Source: Octopus sinensis (lineage: Eukaryota). From it: a DNA stretch of 64,000 nucleotides. The notes below the pieces were generated by a model that was given only the letters and a program-made list of their open reading frames with translations, was not told the DNA's origin and did no database searches. Below, in pieces: positions 39,896 through 52,051 of the stretch. Position numbers and translations under genes: made by a program. Position 1 is the first letter of the stretch; each line of letters begins with the position of its first letter. The stretch is from the NCBI RefSeq assembly GCF_006345805.1, contig NW_021833083.1:1-64000 (forward strand). The letters are read 5' to 3'.

Positions 39896-39958
39896 AGCCT
39901 ATTAAACAGTCACGCCTACGCCTATTAAAAAGAAATCAGAAACTAGCACTATATACAT

Positions 39959-40073
<115 letters not shown>

Positions 40074-40568
40074 TACACACACGCACATGTATAAAGGCGT
40101 ATGTGATAGATAAATCAATGGAAAATTTGCTAACGCTTTTATTAAGAATCAAAATATTAATTTTTTTTCGAGGAAACTAAATCGTTTATATGATAACATA
40201 AAATGTTTGTTTATGCATAAACAAAACTTTATAATCAATAATTATACATGATTATATACTAAAATTATCTTTTAAGCTTTTTAATCATTCAGATATCTGT
40301 CTAATCATAGTGTCTACAAGATTTTTCAATAATGCAAATATTTATTCATACCATTATTCCTAACTGACGCAGATAACGATTTCTTGTTTTTAAAAGTTCT
40401 TGAATTTCATTTTGATTGAATCATATTCCATAAATTTTCAATAAAGTTTAGGTTTGGAGATTGTTGAGGCGAAAATAATGTCTGAATTCGAAGACGTTGC
40501 AGAAATGTTTTCACTAATTAGATAGAATGAATAGAAAAATTACCATGCTGGTATTTAGCCAGTTTAAT

Positions 40569-42044
40569 AAAAAAAAAAAAATAACCGTTGTAGAAAGTAG
40601 AAAATATTATGTTTTAAAAAAAATTTCTTCTATGTAATATAATTGTTTCTAAATTAAGCCCAAGGGCAATAATTTTGAACTGGAAAAAATAAGTCGATTA
40701 CATCGGCCCCAGTACAGGATTGAGTACATCGTGATTAGGTGAATGCAGTGGACGTTTGTTTGACTTGAACTTTCGTGGTTCGGCAAGATAAACGTGTGCA
40801 GTGGCCTGGCGGGCATAAATAAAAAGAATTATAGTTTTCGTGGAAAAGAATTAGAGCAAGTGGATTGATATGTAGAAGAGAAACTAGTGCCTCGTACGTT
40901 ACAAGGATGGGATGCTTTATAACAGGAGCGGATATATAATGATTATAATAGTTGTAGAAGGAACGCAGAGAAGAAACAATACTTCTGTTGGCAAGTGGTT
41001 GTTGCTATTAACCACAGGTCAGCTGAGAACTGGTTAGACCTATGTTTGATAACGTTCCATTCGTGACTAATCCATCGAATATTTTATTTTCTAACCTTGA
41101 AAAGTAAGCCTGCTATTTGTGATGCAGTGTCAATGATAATTCGTATGTATGCTTTCGTGTTAGGAACGGACGAGAGAAATCGTTTTGGTGCTTATGTTAG
41201 AAATCACAATTTTTATTGGGAATGTATATGCATTTAAGTTTATTGAGGAAATTATTGGATCGCGAATGCTTTTATAAAACGATGAATGAATGAATGTCTC
41301 AACATACGATCCCTCATTCCACATAAATCTGAGGCATAATGCCTCTCATAGGAATCACTCTTTATATTTTCACATTTTGTCATTTACAGCTATATTCTCA
41401 CATTATTTTTTCTTCCGTGTTTTTTTTTTGTATCTGTCATTCATACTCTTACTGTTCGTTTTTGTTGTTGGGTAGGGGGGACAAGAAAAGAAAAGGGGAA
41501 TCCGGCTGTTGTCATTTAAAAAAAATTTCTGTCCATCTTTTTTTTTTTTAACCGACATTTTCTGCTTCTTTTTATACTTCCTTAATCCTTTCCCAGTTTT
41601 TCTATATTTTTCTTCTCTTCTGATATTTTATCGTCCTTTGAATCCTTTGAAAACGTTTACTGATATGGATATTTTCAGTATAGACAAACTGCTCCACCCC
41701 CTATTCTTCTTCCTTCTTTTTTCTTCATTTCCTTATCTTATTTATTTATTTATTTTTTTTTACTCGCATCTTTCTGTTCTGTTCAATCATATTTGTTTAT
41801 GTATCTCCACATCCTTCCATTTTTCAAAAAACTTACACCTCATATTCTACAGTTTCTATTCCCTTCAGCTTCATACACTCCTTTCTCATCAATTTCTCAC
41901 ATTTCTCTCTTTATTTTTCATACACATTTTTTTTTTCAATATTTCTGAAAACACATTCTATTTGTTTTACTTCTTTCTTTCCTCCCTTTTTGCACAGATT
42001 TCCATTTTATTCACTCTGTTCATTTCTTGTTTTTCTTTTCTTCC

Positions 42045-42077
<33 letters not shown>

Positions 42078-43552
42078 ATTTCAAAAAAAAAAAAATAACC
42101 GTTGTAGAAAGTAGAAAATATTATGTTTTAAAAAAAATTTCTTCTATGTAATATAATTGTTTCTAAATTAAGCCCAAGGGCAATAATTTTGAACTGGAAA
42201 AAATAAGTCGATTACATCGGCCCCAGTACAGGATTGAGTACATCGTGATTAGGTGAATGCAGTGGACGTTTGTTTGACTTGAACTTTCGTGGTTCGGCAA
42301 GATAAACGTGTGCAGTGGCCTGGCGGGCATAAATAAAAAGAATTATAGTTTTCGTGGAAAAGAATTAGAGCAAGTGGATTGATATGTAGAAGAGAAACTA
42401 GTGCCTCGTACGTTACAAGGATGGGATGCTTTATAACAGGAGCGGATATATAATGATTATAATAGTTGTAGAAGGAACGCAGAGAAGAAACAATACTTCT
42501 GTTGGCAAGTGGTTGTTGCTATTAACCACAGGTCAGCTGAGAACTGGTTAGACCTATGTTTGATAACGTTCCATTCGTGACTAATCCATCGAATATTTTA
42601 TTTTCTAACCTTGAAAAGTAAGCCTGCTATTTGTGATGCAGTGTCAATGATAATTCGTATGTATGCTTTCGTGTTAGGAACGGACGAGAGAAATCGTTTT
42701 GGTGCTTATGTTAGAAATCACAATTTTTATTGGGAATGTATATGCATTTAAGTTTATTGAGGAAATTATTGGATCGCGAATGCTTTTATAAAACGATGAA
42801 TGAATGAATGTCTCAACATACGATCCCTCATTCCACATAAATCTGAGGCATAATGCCTCTCATAGGAATCACTCTTTATATTTTCACATTTTGTCATTAC
42901 AGCTATATTCTCACATTATTTTTTCTTCCGTGTTTTTTTTTTGTATCTGTCATTCATACTCTTACTGTTCGTTTTTGTTGTTGGGTAGGGGGGACAAGAA
43001 AAGAAAAGGGGAATCCGGCTGTTGTCATTTAAAAAAAATTTCTGTCCATCTTTTTTTTTTTTAACCGACATTTTCTGCTTCTTTTTATACTTCCTTAATC
43101 CTTTCCCAGTTTTTCTATATTTTTCTTCTCTTCTGATATTTTATCGTCCTTTGAATCCTTTGAAAACGTTTACTGATATGGATATTTTCAGTATAGACAA
43201 ACTGCTCCACCCCCTATTCTTCTTCCTTCTTTTTTCTTCATTTCCTTATCTTATTTATTTATTTTTTTTTACTCGCATCTTTCTGTTCTGTTCAATCATA
43301 TTTGTTTATGTATCTCCACATCCTTCCATTTTTCAAAAAACTTACACCTCATATTCTACAGTTTCTATTCCCTTCAGCTTCATACACTCCTTTCTCATCA
43401 ATTTCTCACATTTCTCTCTTTATTTTTCATACACATTTTTTTTTTCAATATTTCTGAAAACACATTCTATTTGTTTTACTTCTTTCTTTCCTCCCTTTTT
43501 GCACAGATTTCCATTTTATTCACTCTGTTCATTTCTTGTTTTTCTTTTCTCC

Positions 43553-43585
<33 letters not shown>

Positions 43586-43603
43586 ATTTCAAAAAAAAAA
43601 AAA
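40569..43603. repeat. Tandem duplication of a ~1.51-kb unit, two copies
   Basis: Copy 1 at 40569-42082 and copy 2 at 42083-43590, delimited by three A13 runs (40569, 42083, 43591). The differences I saw are only small indels in homopolymers or simple repeats. Confidence 0.97.
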
Positions 43604-44304
43604 TTATTTTTTGCTGTTGTTTTATAATCTGTTATTTCATTGCCAACTTACCGTCACCTAAATTCTACTTTATTAAAGTACTCGATCTATCTCTGTATTC
43701 ATCTCCGTTAGTCAACGTATTATTGCTTCTTTTCATTCTCCAACTTCTCATTTCTGACTTTCGCTACTGTTTCTTCCTCAACACTTTCCGATTCTTTCCT
43801 CTTTCCTTCCTGTTATGATATTGTGTCATATTCGTAAATTTTCGTTGATTTTCCTCCTATTTCATCAGGTTCCTCCTGTCATCATTTTGGTGTCCTCTTC
43901 CCTGATTGTGCATCCTTTTCCAGAACTCTTTATCATATATACAATTGCTTGTGATTTGCACATTTTCCTCATATTTTCTCGACTGTACCTTTCTTACCCT
44001 GTCTTTCTCTCCTTTTCTTCCTTCTTTTTCTTTATATTTGAGCCTATATACATATATACTCTTACATATATATATATGAGCTCAAAATGAATGCATATAG
44101 TTTTCATTTAATATGAGCATAGATTGCCATCAATCTGCATTTACGTATATTCATATATATATATATATATATATAGATATATATATATATATATGCAACA
44201 TATATAACATATATAAATATAATACACATACATGTACATACATAAACATATACAGACGCACACACACGTATGTAGATACACACACATACTCTCTCATGTA
44301 CATA

Positions 44305-44354
<50 letters not shown>

Positions 44355-45221
44355 TATATATATATATTGCATTTCTTCTGTATTTCTCCATTCCCGTCAC
44401 ATTTCTCTTTTCTTATCTGTTCAGAAATGTTTTTTTTCTCTCCAAAAGACAAATATTTGCTATCTATCCAATCCTTCCATTTGTTGTTTCTACACTTTTC
44501 ACAATTTCCTGTTTATAACTATTCCATTCCATCTTCTTTCGTAACGTTTCGTCACTTCTCTATCACATTTATCTTTCCCTTCTTTAATTTCAGCCATTAA
44601 GAAGAGAAGTATGGGAGGTATCCAAAAGGTAAAGATTTATTTTCTTACCCAAGAAATATTTGTTTTCTTATCCCCGAAGAGACCTGTAAGATAAAGCAAA
44701 ATTGGGGTCATATCAGTAGACTTCTTATGGCCATAAACACAGCGACGCTGAACCAGTTTAAACAAAGAGGAAGTCTTCGACAGAACAAAAGATTCATGTT
44801 CGTTTCGAGTTGTTGTTGACACAACTCAAAGACAATGAACAAAGTCCACGATGACCTAGTATTCTCCTATTTGTAATACTGTTCTCATTTCAATAGTCTG
44901 TGGCGAATTAACATGGGCAGAGTTTACGAGAAGCGGGCCACATGAGAAATGGGTCATCATTATGCGAACCGCACTGCTAAACAAATTCAAGGATGTTTTT
45001 CCTTAGGTGTGCCATTGGAAAAAGTCCCGCCAGCCGTACTATGTATTAGAGCATATGACAAAACGCTTCGTGGAATTTTTTGCTAAGTGTTCAAATCCCA
45101 CTAAGGTCAAATTTGTCTTGCATTTCTTTAGAGTTGGTATTGTTAGAGTGTCCAACGAGATTCTTTGTGTTATTTCTACTGGATCTTGCAATCTGAGATC
45201 ATATGTAACTGGTAGACTTAA

Positions 45222-45435
45222 TCTTTTCTACTCTAGGCACAAGAACCGAAATTTTGGGGGAGGGGGCCAGTCGATTAGATCGACCCCAGTACACAACTGG
45301 TACTTAATTTATCGACCCCGAAGGATGAAAGGCAAAGTCGACCTCGGCGGAATTTGAAATCAGAACGTAACGGCAGACGAAATACGGCTACGCATTTCGC
45401 CCGGCGCGCTAACGATTCTACCAGCTCGCCGCCTT
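45222..45435 (-). mobile_element. SINE family A, full length, tail-2
   Basis: Reverse complement runs from AAGGCGGCGAGCTGGTAGAATCGTTAGC to GTTCTTGTGCCTAGAGTAGAAAAGATT. Confidence 0.93.
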
Positions 45436-45807
45436 AACCGAAAAGCAATATTATCATAATATATCATAACGATCTCATCTTATTTTCAAATACTTCCTAT
45501 TATCTACTGTGTCTTTCACCTTTTTCTTTTCAGGGCAACCGCACGTGTGTATGATTTGAGTTGAGATTTGGTTCGAAAACATTTACTGTAGGATTGATGA
45601 GAAAATGATAAAATAGTGTTCCCAGAACATTTAGTTAATGAGAGTGACTCTCATGAATGAGTGACCCTCACTAATGGAAGCAGAATAAAAATGTTGAGAT
45701 AAACAAGGAGCGAACTCGTGCTAAGAAAATATATATGCTTCTATCAGGACCCGTAACGGTCATTCCTTTTTCTTATCATTACGACATATGTATTTTCTTA
45801 TACAAGA

Positions 45808-46320
45808 CTAGCAGTATCGCCCGGCATTGCTCGGGTTTGTAAGGGAAATAACTATATAAGCATTTTTAGAGAGTTACTTCCCTTATAGATGCCAATTCGG
45901 GCTTTCTTAGCCATTTCTGTTTTGGTGTCTTCAAGCCATGAAGTCGTTGCTCTAAAAGAACGCTGGTCTCCTTGACAACGCTTTACGACGTTGATTTCCT
46001 TACACTCCCTTCCCCACAGCTTCACGAGGGAGGGAAGAAGGGGGAGAAGCAAACAGGTGCAGGTGTGAGCGTGGACGCCAACTCCGTTGCCATCGACACA
46101 CGAAAAATTATGCATTAAAATGGAATAAAAAATGATGTTAAATTATTTTAAAAATCGTAGACTCATCGTAGACGCGAGCTAATACTCAGACGGGCTCGAT
46201 ATGAATCACGACTATAAGATACCCGAATTTGGTTAAACTGCACCGCAAAATATGGGAGTAGTTAGGAATCTAAATCGAAGGGGACAGACACTCACACAAC
46301 TACAGTTTTATATATATAGA
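45808..46320 (-). mobile_element. Non-autonomous Helitron (513 bp)
   Basis: Minus strand starts A|TCTATATATATAAAA and ends with the hairpin CCCGAGCAATGCCGGG, a short spacer, then CTAG|T. It is inserted in an AT dinucleotide with no TSD. Confidence 0.88.
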
Positions 46321-46644
46321 TTATTGGCTCCTTCGCAACTCAGTCTTACTTATCACATGAACGTCATCCGATTTCAATAAAACTAAGCATAATTCGAAAT
46401 TTAAAGTTACAGGCTACCGTTTCTTCCAAAAGGTTTCACCGTAAAGGGGAACATAGAGACATACATGCTCGTACATACAGATATACATTGGATTGCCTAT
46501 GTTCAGTCCACTGTGAATAACGGTCTGATGTGGAGGCCATGAGCTTGAGATCAAATTAGTTTGATGAGCAGACTCTCCCATATTAGCTCGACATGGCTCG
46601 GCAGAGGGGTGCAGTTTACTTTCATACTCTTACTCAGAATTAGT

Positions 46645-46808
46645 TAAGTCGATTGCATCGGCTCTAGTGCTCAGCTGATACTTATCGATCTCGAAAGAAT
46701 GAAAATAAAGTCGACCTCGCTGGAATTTGAACTCAGAACGTTACGACGGACGAAATACTGATAAGCATTTCGCCCGGCGTGCTAACGACTCTGCCAACTC
46801 GCCGCCTT
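46645..46808 (-). mobile_element. SINE family A copy
   Basis: AAAGTCGACCTCGCTGGAATTTGAACTCAGAACG...CCCGGCGTGCTAACGACTCTGCCAACTCGCCGCCTT. Confidence 0.9.
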
Positions 46809-46901
46809 ACAGGTATGCATAAATAGATATATACACACAAACACGCACACACATAGATACACAGACATACACACAAACACACACACACGCACGCACACAC
46901 A

Positions 46902-46932
<31 letters not shown>

Positions 46933-47128
46933 CATTCACCAGTCTGCAGCGCAGTTTTCATCTTCCAATTTATTGACCGATTCCACTCGTAAAACACTGG
47001 GGCAATAAAGATACCTGTCTGCGACACCACACCTTAGGACAGAACCCTTGACCCCGTGGTCGCGAAGCGAAATCATTAACTACTCTGGCAATATATATCA
47101 TATCTCTCTCCCCCTCTGATTGGTCTCT

Positions 47129-47168
<40 letters not shown>

Positions 47169-47411
47169 ATGTATGAATGCATGTATGTGTGTGTATGTGT
47201 GTGCGTATCGTTGTGGAGTCTCCTATCGTAGGAAGCAAACGATATGTTTATTGTGATCAAACGTCTATGCTCATTTCCTCCTTGAAATAGACATTGCTTG
47301 CACAAGTTCACGGTGTGTCGCACGTCAGATGCTGGAGTGATTACAAAGCAACGTGAATGGAAGTGTTTCGCTCGGAAACAACAACGTACAATCGGTCCGG
47401 GAATCGAAATC

Positions 47412-47680
47412 ACGATCATCCTCATCATCATCATTGTTCGACCGTGGTCGAGACAATGGAATTTACCATGCTACGCCAGACTTCACGGTCCATCATGGCA
47501 TTACGGAGGTCCTGTTGCTGGATGCCTGTATCCCTGGAGATTACATCAGGGTAGGAGAGTGTGCGCCCTCTGGTATTGCGAGTAGATGGCTTCCAGAGGA
47601 GAAGAGTAGAAATTACTTCTTTTTCAGCTCTACAACAATGTCCACCAAACTGGACTCTCCTACCTTTCACAAGAGATGAC
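47412..47680 (-). mobile_element. RTE-clade LINE 3' end with a (TGA)n tail
   Basis: RRVQFGGHCCRAEKEVISTLLLWKP...YPDVISRDTG...DLRNAMMDREVWRSMV...EQ* followed by TGATGATGA. Confidence 0.9.
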
Positions 47681-47781
47681 AAGTGATCGTGGATGTAACA
47701 CCAAATCCGTTAGGCCATGCACCCTCTCACACACACACATACGCACACTCACATATACACACACATGCATGCATACACACA

Positions 47782-47826
<45 letters not shown>

Positions 47827-48172
47827 AGAACAAGAGTGGTGATATGCTCATGTTTATTCAATGATTTTTGAATAAACGTGTGAATAAACCTTTCGTTTTC
47901 TAGATATCGAGGCAAAACGAGATATTTCGAAAAATATTTCGATTTGTCTTCAAGGATGCATCTTCCGAATCATAAAGGAACAATTCAAGTTTTTATAGAT
48001 ATATATATGTCATTCTAAACACCGAAGTACACAAGTATAATAATATGTGCGTACTCTCTATATATGATATACTGCCTATGTATTTCGGTATATAGAATTT
48101 AAAATATAACTAATGACTAAAACTTTATTGTTGCTTTACAAACACACACACACAAATATATATATGTGTGTG

Positions 48173-48204
<32 letters not shown>

Positions 48205-48227
48205 ACTGCGTGTGTATCGTTGGCGAT

Positions 48228-48413
48228 TTTTTTTCCTCCGTCTTCCCTTCCTTGGATCTTTCCTTTTTCTATGTTTCTGACGAAGAGCTCCGCTCGAAAC
48301 GATAAATACTCCTTCTTTCTTTCCTTCCCTGAGCGTCTAATAACACTATATTTGTTCCACGTCCACGCGTTGTTTTGTTTTCCCATTGTGTTTTCATATT
48401 TGGATTAACTATT

Positions 48414-48415
<2 letters not shown>
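48228..48415 (+). mobile_element. Penelope-type terminal repeat relic with a hammerhead motif
   Basis: GTTT-CTGACGA-A-GAGC TCC GCTC-GAAA-CG-AT-AAATAC (48274-48309), then CCCTGAGCGTCTAATAACAC. It sits between (TG)n and (TA)n. Confidence 0.65.
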
Positions 48416-48497
<82 letters not shown>

Positions 48498-48533
48498 ATA
48501 TATATATATATATTATATATATATATGTATATA

Positions 48534-48575
<42 letters not shown>

Positions 48576-48597
48576 AATATATATATATATATGTATA

Positions 48598-48639
<42 letters not shown>

Positions 48640-48727
48640 GTATATATATACATATGTATATATATATATGTGTGTATATATATACATATGTATATATACA
48701 TACACACATATATATATATATATATAT

Positions 48728-48759
<32 letters not shown>

Positions 48760-48860
48760 GTATATGTATATATGTATGCGTGTGTATGTGTTAGTGTGTG
48801 AATGTGCATGTATATATGTATATAGGTATACGCACAGAGACACACAAATATACATATATA
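48415..48860. repeat. Long (TA)n/(TATG)n tract
   Basis: Seen directly. Confidence 0.97.
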
Positions 48861-50076
48861 CAGGGGTTGGACAAAATAATGGAAACACTTAGCATCATAG
48901 CATCATAATTTATGTATCTATAAAACCATCAAAAGCTTGTTTATTTTATATTTTTTATTTATTATTAGTGTTGCTTAATATGTTTTGCTAAAATTGCTGT
49001 TTATCTTAAGATATTATCAGAAAAAAGGTAATTAACATTCATTAAAATGACAGATCTATCGGACTTTCAAAGAGACCAAATTGTTGGTGCTCGTATCGCA
49101 GGCGCTAGAGTAACGAAAACAACCGAAATGTTTGGTGTATCAAGAAGTACTGTCTGGAAAGTAATAACAGTTTTGAGAAAGAGGAAAAAACCTCCTCGTC
49201 GAAATAAAACTCCGGAAGAAAACCAAAACTTTCAGAAAGGAACCGTTGGACTCTTATGCGAATTGTTAAAAAGGATCATAAAAGTACAGTTCCAAAAATT
49301 ATTGCAGAGCTTAATGACAACCTCGAGAACCCAGTTTCCACAAAAACTGTTCGCTAGGAGCTGCACAAGGCCGGATTTCATGGGAGGGCTGCAATCAGAA
49401 AATCATTATTTTCAAAAAGAAACGTCGCAAAGCGTTTAGAGTGGATGGTCCCAAGAGCAGAGGAAGAATATTATTTTCTCGGACGAGTCATTCTTTACCT
49501 TATTTCCGACCACTGGCCGAATATATGTGTGGAGCCAAAAGAAGCATTTGACCCAGACTGCCTTCTTCCAACTGTTAAACATATATCTTGGAAATCCGCC
49601 GGTCCAATGGTTTCCCTTCATGGCAGAATTAATAGTCAAGACTATTTCAGCAGATCATCTGATCAAATTCATGCTATGGTTGCGGAACAGTTTCTGGAGG
49701 GAAATGCAATCTTTCAGGATGATAATACACCAATTCTCACAGCTAAAGTTGTTTCTGAATGGCACGAGGAACATTCTAGAGAAATTGAAGATCCTATCTG
49801 GCTACCACAGTCCTCAGATCTCAATATCATTGACCATTTATGGTGCATTTTAGAAAAAACAAGTAAGGAGTCGATATCCTCCACCATCATCACTACAAGA
49901 ACTGGAGACTGTTTTAGCTGAAGAATGGACAAAAATTCCTTTGGAAACAATTCAAACTTTGTACGAGTCCATACCTCGTAGAATTCAAGCTGTAATTACT
50001 GCCAAAGGTGGTCTTGTCCCATAGAATAAATTTGTTTGAATTTTTAAGGTGTTTCCATTACTTTGTCCAACCTCTG
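48861..50076 (+). mobile_element. Full-length Tc1-superfamily transposon (1216 bp), DD36E-spaced, inactive
   Basis: 30-bp TIRs CAG(G/A)GGTTGGACAAA(A/G)TAATGGAAACAC and a TA TSD (48859-60, 50077-78). Transposase 49047-~50024 is broken by frameshifts: MTDLSDFQRDQIVGAR...DE...FQDDNTP...DLNIIDHLW...ESIPRRIQAVITAKGG. Confidence 0.96.
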
Positions 50077-52051
50077 TACTTATACATACAAATATTGAGT
50101 GAGTAATAAAATATCGGTTAGCTTGGTTTAATGTACGATCTTAGTTCTCGTTTGGAACTATTTAAACGCTGTAGATAACCTTTGGTAAATTATATTTGTC
50201 ACAACTCCCAATTTTGTTTCTCCTATCGTAAAATTACTCCCTTGTTGCTGTTGCTGTTCATATGATGAAAATTCATTTAATATTCAGGTACTTATCACTC
50301 TTCCCACAAACACGTCTTGGGTTGAAATAACATGATAAAAGACACTGTCCCAAGATACACGCAGTGGAATCGAACCCGACACTTCACAATTGAGAAGTAA
50401 CACTCTTAATCATTCGGCAGGCCTGCACCGAAACATAGAAACACACACACACACACGACACAAGACAAGGAATTTATTCATGGTTTATATAAGAGAAACG
50501 AAAAATAAAAAAGAGCAAGAATTATAATTTCAAGTTTAACTATAATTAAAAAAAAAATAATTTGAATTGCTTAAAGAATGTCTTCTTCCCCAACCCTTAT
50601 GTAAAATGTCACATCAGACTCAGAAGCACTAAATTAATGATGCTGATTAGGCGATCTACAATAAGTCAGAAACATTGATAAGAATATCTCTTCTGAATGC
50701 AAATGGAAATAAATCGCATTATGCATTGAGATTTAACTTCAGTAATCGTTGTGTCACTATAGGCTAGAAACAGAGCAGGTGATACACTTGCATTTTATAA
50801 ATGTTTTATAATATAATGGGTTATCAAGCAACATAGTTTTAGGGACGTGTTAATAAGGAGAATAAATTTATAAATTCGAAGGAATTACCTAACATTTGCC
50901 CTGACGAGAATTTCTGATACAAATATGATTTCGTAATTATAGCTGGTTGGAAGATGTATATATTTCAGTGTATACAGGAGAATATAATAGAAAGAAAGAA
51001 AAAAGAATTCAATTAATCAGTTTAATATGTAGAAAGCTTTTCACAATCTAAAAACTGGTCAAAATCAACAGAAATTTTAGGGAATTAATTTGCTCATTTC
51101 TTATCTCTCCGTTGAGTTTTCAGGAAAGTCGGCCATATTTCAGTCGCTCTAGGTAATCCATTTTCATCAATGACATAATAAATAGATTTTTATAAGAAAT
51201 TTCCACTTTTACAAGTTCAAGTTTAAATAAATGTCTTTGTATATTTACAACTCCCTACACTTCAAATCAATTTAATCATTCAAAATAAATAAAACGGATG
51301 CGTTGTCTTTCTCTTTCTCGGCATTCAACAGAGAAAAGATATTCAGTTCTCTATATCTCTCATGTAATTCTTTTTCTTTTTCTTCATCTATATTGAAGAA
51401 ACAAATATTTTCTCTCTTACGTTCACTTAGTTTCTGTCAGTTGAAAGAGAAGTGAGAGAAGTGATGAAATATCGTCCCTTTTACTTTCTTCCTCACTTTA
51501 ATATCTTCCAAGTATTGCTGATTCCAACCTTTACATATTCCTTCACCCATTTTTTCTCCTTCATATCTTTTAATTGTCTCATTTATTCTACGTCTAACAG
51601 ACATATGAGCCAAAATACTTTGTTCATATCTTTTACTTTATTTTATTTTTAGTTTCAGTGGGTAAAAAAAAGAAGAGAGTAAGAACACAGAAAACAATAT
51701 AAAATACACATAAAATAAATATAAATATAAAAATAAATACGTCATAAAACGATAAAAGCAATGAAGACAAGATGGTCATTAATCTAGATTCTGCCTTCTT
51801 GATAGATTTGAGTCATTAGAGATTTCTACAAAACAGCAGATACACTCGGCAAGTGGTAAGATAACAGTAAGGAAAGCAAAGTAAAAGGTTCGGAAGAATA
51901 ATGACAGTAACAGCAGTAACAGCAGCAGCAGCAGCACCACCACGAGACAAAAAAGTAGCAGCAGCAGAGTAAACATAATAAAATGAAAAGCAATAGCAGC
52001 ACCTGCAATTTGGCTCCGTTCCTACCTCAACACGGTGCCAGGCGTAAAAAA

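Noticed and set aside
41509-43627. 189-aa and 201-aa Phe-rich ORFs that look like membrane proteins
   Set aside because: They arise from T-rich low-complexity DNA, and the two duplicate copies change frame at indels.
45007-45357. 116-aa ORF after a TTTTCCTTAG acceptor-like site
   Set aside because: The 3' half runs through an antisense SINE, and the 5' half has no recognisable homology or donor site.
49047-49921. Intact or domesticated transposase gene
   Set aside because: The coding region is split over several frames, lacks part of the region after TVKH, and the third catalytic residue is altered.
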